From a virus (taxonomy: Duplodnaviria > Heunggongvirae > Uroviricota > Caudoviricetes): 29,513 nt of DNA. The notes beneath the pieces were generated by a model, which was not told the origin of the DNA, did not search any database, and saw only the letters and a list, made by a program, of their open reading frames with translations. The stretch is from positions 1 through 29,513 of IMG/VR virus record IMGVR_UViG_3300042879_005260. One strand, 5' to 3'. Numbering within the stretch: the first letter of the stretch is position 1; the number at the start of each line of letters is the position of its first letter. Position numbers and translations under genes: made by a program. Shown piece after piece: positions 9,964 to 18,888 of this stretch.

Positions 9964-12212
9964 TAAAAAAAATAAATGTTTAATGGCAGCTAAATGTTGG
10001 GTATGTCCTAATTTTAATAGTGAAGATTTAATAATTAATAACGGTGTAATTACTTATGCCGGCCAAAACCTTTCACAAACTTGTTGTCAATCCTATGCGG
10101 GGGTAACTAATCAAACAACTACTTACCTGAATGGCATATGTACATTGAGCCAACAATCACAAGAAATAAATTTTGGATCTACAGACGTTATTTATATAAC
10201 TCAGAACGGTGAAATTTATAAACGTAATCTTAGTTCTGTTTTGAATACAACATCAATTGGCGGTAATTATTTTAATTTTATTGGTACTAAAACGTTTTTA
10301 TTTAATTTACCACCACAATTTGCACCTATCTATGACAGTACACTTGGTTGGCGATTTATGTCACTTACATTTAGTAGTAGTAGACTTTATATTTTAAACC
10401 AGTTAGGTACACAATTACTTATTTACAACATAACTTTAAATCCTTTCACCTATTCATTAGTTGGTACAATTAATAAACCAACAAACATTGACAGGTTATA
10501 CGGATTAAGTATTAGCGGTAATGATTTATATTCAGTCGCTATAATTGGTTCAACAAGAAAATTAATAAAACTAAATGGATATCAATCACCTGTTGCAAAC
10601 GGTAATTTAACTTATACCGAAGAATTTTCTCTGGTAAAAGCAACAACAAATACTTTAATTAATTCAAACGAAGAAATACGTTACATATCCATAACAAATA
10701 GTCAACCAAAAAAATTAATAACAATAACAAAATTATCTAATCAATTTTTTATAAATCAATATAATTTTGACAACCAATATATTGATAACGTTAACTATTT
10801 TAACATTGAAAAAGGTGGATTAGAGTTTAGAAAACAATTACTTTTTAACGTTAATATAGATGTTAATAGTATTATAAATAATACAAATATAACTTCTTTA
10901 ATTAACCATAACAGTGGATCACTATATAAAATCACAACCAGTGGTGTAGATTCTGGTTCTTTAGGTTCATATAGTGAAATTTATGAAGTACCGGCCAATA
11001 ATCTAAATGGTTTTATAAACGAAACCAATTCCTATATTATCGGTTCTTCACAATTAACAATAACAAATAAATTTGACGTGGATCCAAACGCTCCATCTTG
11101 TTATATAGACACAAATGGTAATCCGGTTTTAGGGCCACAACCTTGTTAAATCATTTTTAAAAATATAATAACATGCCATTAATAGGAAGTACAAATATAA
11201 TAGGTAGCACAAATATTTCAAAAGACGATAATATTTCTAATTGTTTCTCTAGTGGAGTAGGATTTACTATAACACAAAGCGGTGAAATACTATTTCAAGG
11301 TAAGTCGATAAGAAACGGTAATTGTTGTACTGTTAACAGTTTGTCACAATATACGGGCCCAGGCACTTATACATATATAGATAATAAATGTTATTTAAAC
11401 TACACACCACCAACGCAAACTTGTCCTGGCGGTGGTCAAGTTACTTGTATTGATTCAAACGGATTTAATACTTGGAATAACATTTATACATCTGAATTTG
11501 GCCAAAGTTTATCAGTTACCAACCCAACATTATTTGCTAACTTACAAGATTTAACAAATAATTCAGGATCATTTTCGGTTTATTTTGATACCGGTGGATT
11601 ACTTGATGAAATATGTTGTGCGAGTTTAAACTACACATTTACCAACGGTATATGTCAGTGTGATGTCAGTGTGGTTGATGAACCCAAAAATCCATTTTGT
11701 TTTGGCACTTTAGAAGATTTTGTCGATATCGCGAATGAATCTTTTTTTGTTAATAATTTTATTTTTATTGGGTTATCTATTGGGTTATCTAATACAGATA
11801 GTTTATTTGTAAAAAATAATTTAACGTCGTCAGATCAAAACGATAGAAATACGGCCAGAACTTTATTAAGTAATGCTTTAGCTTCTAACGGTGGCGTTTA
11901 TTTAAATGTTGGTTCTACAACCGGAAATCTAACTAGCCCATCTGAAGCTGAATGTAATAGAATATCAGGTTCTTTTTGGGATGGTACTAACTGTTTATGC
12001 CAACAACCAACTAGCGAACCACCAACTTCAGATGTTTGTAATTTAACTGATGTAAAAATAATAAATGTATATTTAAATAATAATCCAGTACAAATCGTTG
12101 TCCCAAAAGATTATAATACAACAACAAACCCTACATTATTAACGCAAGAATGTTGTTTAAAATTAAAAAATGAAAACAATTTAAATTGGTTTTGGTCACA
12201 AAGTTATTGTTA
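9064..12212 (+). repeat. About ten degenerate Cys-rich protein repeats spread over three genes
   Basis: Units: DTRCC..LCYWCP; NQCC..YYC; SETCC..FYCSACP; SQTCC..GKCLKCP; EECC..|KCWVCP; SQTCC..GIC; GNCC..NKC; EICC..GICQC; EAEC..TNCLC; QECC..SYC. Confidence 0.75.
9983..11149 (+). CDS. Putative tail protein: N-terminal Cys repeat plus probable beta-propeller-like domain
   Basis: Starts MAAKCWVCP...LSQTCC. Repeated short beta-strand blades follow (VIYITQNGEIYKRNL, RLYILNQLGTQLLIYNI, LYGLSISGNDLYSV). Confidence 0.5.
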   Translation: MAAKCWVCPNFNSEDLIINNGVITYAGQNLSQTCCQSYAGVTNQTTTYLNGICTLSQQSQEINFGSTDVIYITQNGEIYKRNLSSVLNTTSIGGNYFNFIGTKTFLFNLPPQFAPIYDSTLGWRFMSLTFSSSRLYILNQLGTQLLIYNITLNPFTYSLVGTINKPTNIDRLYGLSISGNDLYSVAIIGSTRKLIKLNGYQSPVANGNLTYTEEFSLVKATTNTLINSNEEIRYISITNSQPKKLITITKLSNQFFINQYNFDNQYIDNVNYFNIEKGGLEFRKQLLFNVNIDVNSIINNTNITSLINHNSGSLYKITTSGVDSGSLGSYSEIYEVPANNLNGFINETNSYIIGSSQLTITNKFDVDPNAPSCYIDTNGNPVLGPQPC

Positions 12213-12672
12213 CGCAAACGAAACAACCACGAATCAATGTTTACCTACAACTTTTACATTAAACGAAAGTAAAATAGAATTACAACCTTGTGAAAGTGAT
12301 ATTGAACTTTATATGTGGGTTTATGTTAAAACACCAGAAAACGCGGTCTCATTACCTAACACACCAGAATTAGAACCAGATATCATTGTAGATGAAAACA
12401 ACACCGAAAACACGATAACGATACCAGGTGATATTATACCTTTTCCAGACTTTAACAACAATACCACACCTCTCCCCGATTTAGGTACGACAGTGCCAAC
12501 TTTAGCTGGTGATACAAATATAGTACCGATACCGCCACCTAATAGTGGCACATCACCAACAAACCCAACTACTACAATACCATCTGGCACCGATACTTCA
12601 TTACCTGATGGGGCTATTAATGATATTATTTTTGGCCAACAAAAATCACGAACAGGATTATGTCAAATTTAA
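11173..12672 (+). CDS. Putative tail protein with Cys-rich repeats and a Pro/Thr-rich linker
   Basis: Contains four more CC/C...C units (NGNCC, DEICC, EAEC, TQECC) and a P/T/N-rich low-complexity stretch near the C-terminus. Confidence 0.5.
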   Translation: MPLIGSTNIIGSTNISKDDNISNCFSSGVGFTITQSGEILFQGKSIRNGNCCTVNSLSQYTGPGTYTYIDNKCYLNYTPPTQTCPGGGQVTCIDSNGFNTWNNIYTSEFGQSLSVTNPTLFANLQDLTNNSGSFSVYFDTGGLLDEICCASLNYTFTNGICQCDVSVVDEPKNPFCFGTLEDFVDIANESFFVNNFIFIGLSIGLSNTDSLFVKNNLTSSDQNDRNTARTLLSNALASNGGVYLNVGSTTGNLTSPSEAECNRISGSFWDGTNCLCQQPTSEPPTSDVCNLTDVKIINVYLNNNPVQIVVPKDYNTTTNPTLLTQECCLKLKNENNLNWFWSQSYCYANETTTNQCLPTTFTLNESKIELQPCESDIELYMWVYVKTPENAVSLPNTPELEPDIIVDENNTENTITIPGDIIPFPDFNNNTTPLPDLGTTVPTLAGDTNIVPIPPPNSGTSPTNPTTTIPSGTDTSLPDGAINDIIFGQQKSRTGLCQI

Positions 12673-12682
12673 CAATTTTGAA

Positions 12683-12690
12683 TATTTATA
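12683..12690 (+). promoter_or_regulatory. Candidate late-promoter motif TATTTATA
   Basis: Intergenic, 3 nt before the ATG at 12694. The same octamer occurs upstream of the gene at 18889. Confidence 0.35.
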
Positions 12691-12693
12691 AAC

Positions 12694-13866
12694 ATGGCAA
12701 ATGAAATTGGTATAATTAACTGTTATGATAATTTAAATCCGATAACGGCTAGAATAAATTTATCTGAACCTGATTTAAATAGTGTTTTAACACAAGTAAA
12801 CACTTATAATTCAAGTGTTAATAATTTTAACAATTGGATACAATTAAAGGCAACATTACCACCTTCGACTGATACCGTTAATTTTGATATTAACTTACAA
12901 ATAGATACCGGTTTAAATTGTTGTTGTCAATATGAAATCTACGTCGATAAGATATCAATAATATGTAGTGGAAATACAGAATCACCGATTGTTAATGATA
13001 TAAAATGCCCAGGTTATGGAATAACAAAAGTTATTGATAATAAAAAATCTTGGGTTTATAATCCAGGTATTGCGGAAATAGGTATTTCTGAGTACGATAA
13101 CATAGAAAGAGCAGATGGTAGTTTTGGTTTAATAAGTGGTGAAGGTACAATAAATAGAATTTTCGCACCTAGCCCTGACGCTGAAATACCTTGGCGTTAT
13201 ACTAATTATTTTTTACAATCAAGTGTCTACGAAAAACACAGTAATCTAACCTTAAACTCTAAAGAGTTATGGTTGATTTTTAATATGTGTGCTGACTGCC
13301 CAATTAGTGGTACAAGTTTAACTTGTCCAACAGGATATACTTTGTCAGCCAATACCAATTTTTGTTATAGTGGTGTTTCGGTAACCACGGCTACGACCGT
13401 AGTAACAGTTTCTTATTTAAGTCTATTAGAACTTGAAAACTATAAAAAACAGTTTCAAAGTTTTTGGACGCCATTTTTGGAACAATTTATACCAGCAACA
13501 ACTATATGGGTTGCGGGTGAAAGATGGTGTAACGACCCTTGTACCGTTATTGATACTTGTGCTTTTGATTTAACTGAAAGTGAACTATCTTTTGTAACAA
13601 TTCAAGAAACAACAAACACTTCAAATAACACAAACATAGTTACAAGTTACGCGAGTCCAGAAGTGTTTTCGTCAACAGCAACGTCAGCACCTTCTGGTGG
13701 TTATAGTGGACAATTACCTACTAATTCTAACGCCAATACTATAACAATTTTAGATTTAGGTAATACAAGTTCCACACCAAATACCGTGACTGAAGAAGAT
13801 TCTAATATTGACATGTTGTCATATCAGAGTAGATTTACAACACCTAACACTATAACACAATTTTAA
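12694..13866 (+). CDS. Putative baseplate/tail protein (possible C-terminal part of the wedge protein)
   Basis: 390-aa ORF containing FQSFWTPFLEQFIPATTIWVAGE, which resembles the 'L....PA' C-terminal motif of gpI/gp7-like wedge proteins. Confidence 0.45.
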   Translation: MANEIGIINCYDNLNPITARINLSEPDLNSVLTQVNTYNSSVNNFNNWIQLKATLPPSTDTVNFDINLQIDTGLNCCCQYEIYVDKISIICSGNTESPIVNDIKCPGYGITKVIDNKKSWVYNPGIAEIGISEYDNIERADGSFGLISGEGTINRIFAPSPDAEIPWRYTNYFLQSSVYEKHSNLTLNSKELWLIFNMCADCPISGTSLTCPTGYTLSANTNFCYSGVSVTTATTVVTVSYLSLLELENYKKQFQSFWTPFLEQFIPATTIWVAGERWCNDPCTVIDTCAFDLTESELSFVTIQETTNTSNNTNIVTSYASPEVFSSTATSAPSGGYSGQLPTNSNANTITILDLGNTSSTPNTVTEEDSNIDMLSYQSRFTTPNTITQF

Positions 13867-13877
13867 ATAAAAAATAA

Positions 13878-15608
13878 ATGGGTTTCCTATGTTTAAATAC
13901 TAAAAATAAGCAAAATGTACCGTTAGAGACACAAGAGGCTGAAATTGTTTTACGTGATATCGGCTTAAGTAATGTTTATAATGTCAACACAGAGGTAAAC
14001 TTATGTTTAGAATCTTTTATTGGCCCACAATATTATACAAGTGGTATTACAAAACTAAACACCTTAACACCTAATACGGCCTGTACAACAGGTTTTGTTT
14101 ACAATGTTTTAAATTTTTTAACATGCCCTACTGGATATACTATATCCGCAGGCACTACTTTTTGTTACTATGTTAGTGGTAGTACTACCGCAACAACTAC
14201 CGCAACAACAAACGTTATTATAACTGATTTGGCTAATTACAATTTAGATTACACACCGAATTTTAATTTTAAATTTATTTTTACTGGTGATACAAGTTTC
14301 ACATCTTACACTGGTAATTTTTGTTATAAAATATTTCCTAAACAGTTTTTTAAAGATAGCTCACCTATAAGTCCATTATTACCCGGACAAGAGTTTATTA
14401 ATAAATGCATACCTTTTAATGAAATTACAGGGTTAACAGTTACACAAAGTTTTTCCGCGTTTAATAACATATCTAAAAATTGGAACGAATATCTCGTTAG
14501 GCCTTACTATACATTTAATTCGAAAACCTGTAACCCAGGACAAAGTTTTAACACTTGGAATTCTACCAACCAAACAAACTTATTTAACAACAATACTGAT
14601 TATTATTTTGCAACAACCATAAACCCACCAACACCTGTTTTGAGTGGGCCAGCAGAAGGCCCTAGACAGGAATATAATTTTCTCCAAGACGTTTTATTGG
14701 CCAATGGTTTACCAGGGCCACAAGGCCCACAGGCAATAAACAATCAGTTAAATTATTTTTTACTTCGTGAATTACCTGTTAGTCAAAACATAATGTTATT
14801 TCTTAACGGTGTTAAATTAACCGAAGGAAGTGATTATATTTTAATATATTATAATGGGTTATTAAGCCCACCAGTTGTTGAAATTAATATAGCACCTATA
14901 AAATCAACAGATTGGTTAGTTGCTAATTATTTGGTTGGGCCACCAAACCCGTTAGGTGGTGCTTTAAATCAATGGTTTGTGGATACTTTATTAGTTACAA
15001 CAATAACTACAGATACAAACCCAGGTTATGTTTTGGCAATGAATTACAATACAATAACTGGAAATCAAGAAATGTATTTAACTCAACCCATAGACCCAGA
15101 TAATGCGGTTTTCTTAACCGTAAATGGTGTACAAATGGTTGAGGGACAACAATTTTTTAAAAGCACTTCTATCGACAATATGTTGATTTTTGATAACACA
15201 TATACAAACCCAATTGTTATTGGTGACGTTGTTTCGGTTTTCACGGTATCAAAAAACGCAGTACTAACAAGTAATGATTATGGCGAAATACCAACAAATC
15301 AATTTACCATAAACTGGACAGTACCAACCACAATACCAACAAACGTAACTTCTAATTTTAAAGTCGAAGTCGCGTTAAAAAGTGATTCAGGATACACTTC
15401 AGTTTATTACCAAAAAACATTACCATTTATAAGTGGTGTTGGTGATTATTCAACAACCATAACTTCAATAGCCTTAAATAATAATTATAGGTTTAGAGTG
15501 ATTAATGAAGCTGTATATGCCGCTTATTTAAATAATAAAATAAAAACTTGTGCACATTCCGAAGGATTTTTTAGCACAACTAGTAGATTAATTAATAATA
15601 CTTATTAA
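13878..15608 (+). CDS. Virion structural protein with 'LNGV.L.EG.DY' modules and a C-terminal FN3-like domain
   Basis: Contains MLFLNGVKLTEGSDY and FLTVNGVQMVEGQQF. The C-terminal FTINWTVP...FKVEVA...NNNYRFRVIN fits a fibronectin type III pattern. Confidence 0.55.
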   Translation: MGFLCLNTKNKQNVPLETQEAEIVLRDIGLSNVYNVNTEVNLCLESFIGPQYYTSGITKLNTLTPNTACTTGFVYNVLNFLTCPTGYTISAGTTFCYYVSGSTTATTTATTNVIITDLANYNLDYTPNFNFKFIFTGDTSFTSYTGNFCYKIFPKQFFKDSSPISPLLPGQEFINKCIPFNEITGLTVTQSFSAFNNISKNWNEYLVRPYYTFNSKTCNPGQSFNTWNSTNQTNLFNNNTDYYFATTINPPTPVLSGPAEGPRQEYNFLQDVLLANGLPGPQGPQAINNQLNYFLLRELPVSQNIMLFLNGVKLTEGSDYILIYYNGLLSPPVVEINIAPIKSTDWLVANYLVGPPNPLGGALNQWFVDTLLVTTITTDTNPGYVLAMNYNTITGNQEMYLTQPIDPDNAVFLTVNGVQMVEGQQFFKSTSIDNMLIFDNTYTNPIVIGDVVSVFTVSKNAVLTSNDYGEIPTNQFTINWTVPTTIPTNVTSNFKVEVALKSDSGYTSVYYQKTLPFISGVGDYSTTITSIALNNNYRFRVINEAVYAAYLNNKIKTCAHSEGFFSTTSRLINNTY

Positions 15609-18600
15609 TGGCAAATAAATCTATAAGGTTACGAACAACACCGGGAGAAAACAAAAACATTACTGTTAATATTAATCAGGATTTTGATTTTCTTGAGGTT
15701 TTAAGTTTAAGAATTACACAAGAGAATGTTTATCAAACCTTTTGTGCGAATTACGGTGCGGTTGTTGGCCGTGTAATTGCTAATAGAGGATTCGGTATCC
15801 CAAATGCAAAAGTTTCTATTTTTATACCTGTCACAGATGAAGACCAAAGAAACGCTTTAATAAATAGCTTATACCCCTTTAAACAACCAACAGATAAAAA
15901 TTCAGAGGGTATTAGATATAATTTATTACCAAGCCAATCTAATTGTAATTTAAATAGAATTGTAGGAACCTTTCCAACAAAAGAAGAAGTTTTAGATAAT
16001 GATTTAGTTTTAGAAGTTTTTGAAAAGTATTATAAATACACAACAAAAACAAATGCGGCTGGTGATTTTATGTTATTCGGCGTACCAATAGGGCAGCAAA
16101 CATTACATATAGATGTTGACCTTAGTGATATTGGTGTCGCAAGTGTTAGACCTTATGATTTAATTGCTGAAGGTTCACCTGAAAAATTGTTTGATTCCAG
16201 TACTGAATTTAAACCTTCAATTAATTTGGATGTTTTACCACAGATTAAAAGTACAAATATATCATTAGATGTAATACCTTTTTGGGGTGACACTGATACT
16301 TGTACCGTTGGGATAACAAGAGCAGATTTTGATACTGGCCTTGATTTAAAATATAGTTCTTTATTTTTTGGCTCAATATTTACTGACTCTGGTAGAATGT
16401 CGTTAGGTAAAAATTGTAACCCAAGAAATGACATGGGTGATCAAAATAAATTAAGAACTGGCCCAGGAAGAATAAACATAATTAGAGCTAGTGAAATAAA
16501 TCCAATAAAATGGACGGAAGAGTTTAAAATACAACCAATAAAATTAGAAACTTTTGATATTGAAGGCGGTCAATTAATAGACGAGGATGGTACTTTTTCT
16601 TTCGTGTTACCAATGAATATCTGCCACGTTGTAACCAATGAGTTTGGTGAATTAGTACCATCACCCGACCCTAGCATTGGTATTGCAACAAAAGGAATGT
16701 ATCGTTTTGCGGTTAAATTTTCTGAAGGTAATGAAAATCAAAAATTTAAAACCGGTACTATGTTTTTTCCGAGTTTAGGTAAAGATTTTGGGGGTACTGA
16801 AGGTATTGTGGATACGGGTAAGATCGAAGACGCAAACGGCACACAAGACCAAAGATTTACTGATGATATTACACAATATAATTACGGCCAAGTAGATTCA
16901 CAATCTATTGTTGTATCACCAGAATTCGATGGTTTAACTGAATACACAAATTCTAGAATAAATTTAGATTTTCATCTTTTTGAATGGAAACAAGTTTATA
17001 CCATAGCTCATTATATAAAAAAATATAAAAAAGGCCAAAATAGATTTAGTTTCGTAGGTATTAAAAACACCGATGTTACTGACGATAATAATTTATTCCC
17101 TTATACAAATGCAATATTTAAATTTGATATATTATATTTTTTACTTGCCGCAGGTATAGATGTTTTTGCCTTTTTATTGAGGCTTTTAATCACATTGATA
17201 TCACTTTGTTTTGGCTTTTGTTTTCGTGTAGAAGTAACAATACCAGTAATTAACAAAGTAGTACCGATTATTGGTTTTTGTATTAGTATTTGCCCTTTTA
17301 ATTGGTTAGGTAAATTAATTGGTACTATAAATTTACCGGGTGAGGGTTGTGGTCCAGGGGGTTCCGATTTAGTACCAATAAATTTAAAAAATTGTAACAG
17401 CACAAGTGTTGGATGTGGAGGCAGACCAAAATTTATAACATTAAAAGTAGGTATCGGAAACGCTATGTGTGGTAAGTTAGCTTCATCAGCTTGTAATTGC
17501 CAAAACGGTTCCACAAGTAGTTTTTTACCCGCACAAGACCCTAATGATTTTGTGGACAGTAATTCTTGTTTAACCGCACTTAAAGAATGGGAATGTTGTG
17601 CTAAATTATTAGTAGCAGAAAATAGAAGTGTTATTAGACGAGTTTTTGCTGATTCTTGGATTATTGGTACCGCTTATTTATTTCAATTTAAATATAAAAC
17701 AAAATTTAAAAGACGTACCGGAGAGGTTAGAAAAGAAAAATTTTGTGGACCAGGTGCGGATCAAAATGGTGCTGACGGTTATAAAAACGTTAGTTGTTGT
17801 TTAGACACTAAGAGTACTAAATGTAATAAATGTTTGTTACGAGGCCCTGGTTTAAGTAATGACCCTGGTTTTATACAATGGGTTTTTGACGATCCAGTTA
17901 GAATACCAATCTTTTTAGGTGGTGGTTCAGTGGGCTTCTCGTTACTTGTAGCACAATACCTTTTAACAAATCCAAATCCAGATTACCAAACAAGTATGCA
18001 CAATGGAGCGGTAGAGGCGGGTAAAGTTGGTTCCGTAGATGTTGATGATGTTATTTATTGTAACACTTTAATGTCGACAAAAATAGTTTCATTAGGTAGA
18101 ATTGAAATGTGTCCAGATATATTAACTGACATTGAAAACGCAATAATAAATAGTTCGACCTTAGACCCGTTAACCCAAAACCCTAATTTTTATACAGGTA
18201 CTTATTTTGAACGTGGTTGGGATAGTAATTTATGGGTAAACTCAATGAAAGAATCTTCTTACGAAGATCCAACTGATGTCTTAAAATATTTAGCTTTAAC
18301 ATCAGATTGTAGTTTACGAGGATTATTTACAACACAACAAGGTTGTCATGAATATGAGTTATTACCAGAAAACTATTTTTTTATTAAAGAAGTTTCTAAA
18401 ATATATAATGACGTTATTTTGAGTGATATAAATAATGACGGTATTGAAAATTTTTCACCGTTTAGCGAGGACAATCCAATAGCTAATTCACCAAAAATAG
18501 ATGATGACCCAACCGCTTCTAACGCTTATAGTGGTTTTGAGGTTACATTAGATTTAGCTAACAGATTTAGTCCTTGTGGTGGTAGAAACGGTAATTGTTA

Positions 18601-18838
18601 CTCCTTACATAATTGGGATGGTGGATTGGCATGGCCTGATATGGGGTCAACAGTACCTGGTGATTATTCTGAAATATCAGCAAATAGTTCAGCGTTTGAT
18701 ACTATAACAGACGCTAATAATAGAAACAATAAAAACACAAGGTCAAACATACCTTATTACTATTTCGGTTTAATACCTGGTAAAACATCCATAGTTAAAT
18801 TACGTAAAAAATACTTTACAAATAAGGAATTAGTATAA
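15608..18838 (+). CDS. Large structural protein: N-terminal carboxypeptidase-regulatory-like (transthyretin-fold) domain, central hydrophobic and Cys-rich region
   Basis: GRVIANRGFGIPNAKVSIF...TKTNAAGDFMLFGVPIGQQTLHIDVD fits a CarboxypepD_reg-like pattern. A long hydrophobic segment is encoded at about 17120-17315. Confidence 0.55.
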   Translation: MANKSIRLRTTPGENKNITVNINQDFDFLEVLSLRITQENVYQTFCANYGAVVGRVIANRGFGIPNAKVSIFIPVTDEDQRNALINSLYPFKQPTDKNSEGIRYNLLPSQSNCNLNRIVGTFPTKEEVLDNDLVLEVFEKYYKYTTKTNAAGDFMLFGVPIGQQTLHIDVDLSDIGVASVRPYDLIAEGSPEKLFDSSTEFKPSINLDVLPQIKSTNISLDVIPFWGDTDTCTVGITRADFDTGLDLKYSSLFFGSIFTDSGRMSLGKNCNPRNDMGDQNKLRTGPGRINIIRASEINPIKWTEEFKIQPIKLETFDIEGGQLIDEDGTFSFVLPMNICHVVTNEFGELVPSPDPSIGIATKGMYRFAVKFSEGNENQKFKTGTMFFPSLGKDFGGTEGIVDTGKIEDANGTQDQRFTDDITQYNYGQVDSQSIVVSPEFDGLTEYTNSRINLDFHLFEWKQVYTIAHYIKKYKKGQNRFSFVGIKNTDVTDDNNLFPYTNAIFKFDILYFLLAAGIDVFAFLLRLLITLISLCFGFCFRVEVTIPVINKVVPIIGFCISICPFNWLGKLIGTINLPGEGCGPGGSDLVPINLKNCNSTSVGCGGRPKFITLKVGIGNAMCGKLASSACNCQNGSTSSFLPAQDPNDFVDSNSCLTALKEWECCAKLLVAENRSVIRRVFADSWIIGTAYLFQFKYKTKFKRRTGEVRKEKFCGPGADQNGADGYKNVSCCLDTKSTKCNKCLLRGPGLSNDPGFIQWVFDDPVRIPIFLGGGSVGFSLLVAQYLLTNPNPDYQTSMHNGAVEAGKVGSVDVDDVIYCNTLMSTKIVSLGRIEMCPDILTDIENAIINSSTLDPLTQNPNFYTGTYFERGWDSNLWVNSMKESSYEDPTDVLKYLALTSDCSLRGLFTTQQGCHEYELLPENYFFIKEVSKIYNDVILSDINNDGIENFSPFSEDNPIANSPKIDDDPTASNAYSGFEVTLDLANRFSPCGGRNGNCYSLHNWDGGLAWPDMGSTVPGDYSEISANSSAFDTITDANNRNNKNTRSNIPYYYFGLIPGKTSIVKLRKKYFTNKELV

Positions 18839-18866
18839 TAATTAAATAAAAAAAATAATAATTAGA

Positions 18867-18874
18867 TATTTATA
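18867..18874 (+). promoter_or_regulatory. Candidate late-promoter motif TATTTATA
   Basis: GATATTTATA in the 50-nt intergenic gap before the GTG at 18889. Confidence 0.4.
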
Positions 18875-18888
18875 AAAAAAAATAAAAA

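Noticed and set aside
9958-9995. Programmed ribosomal bypass (T4 gene 60-like) joining the 985-aa and 388-aa ORFs
   Set aside because: The take-off codon would be GGT, but there is no matching GGT landing codon in the downstream frame before KCWVCP and no hairpin at the stop. The spacer looks like a normal initiation region.
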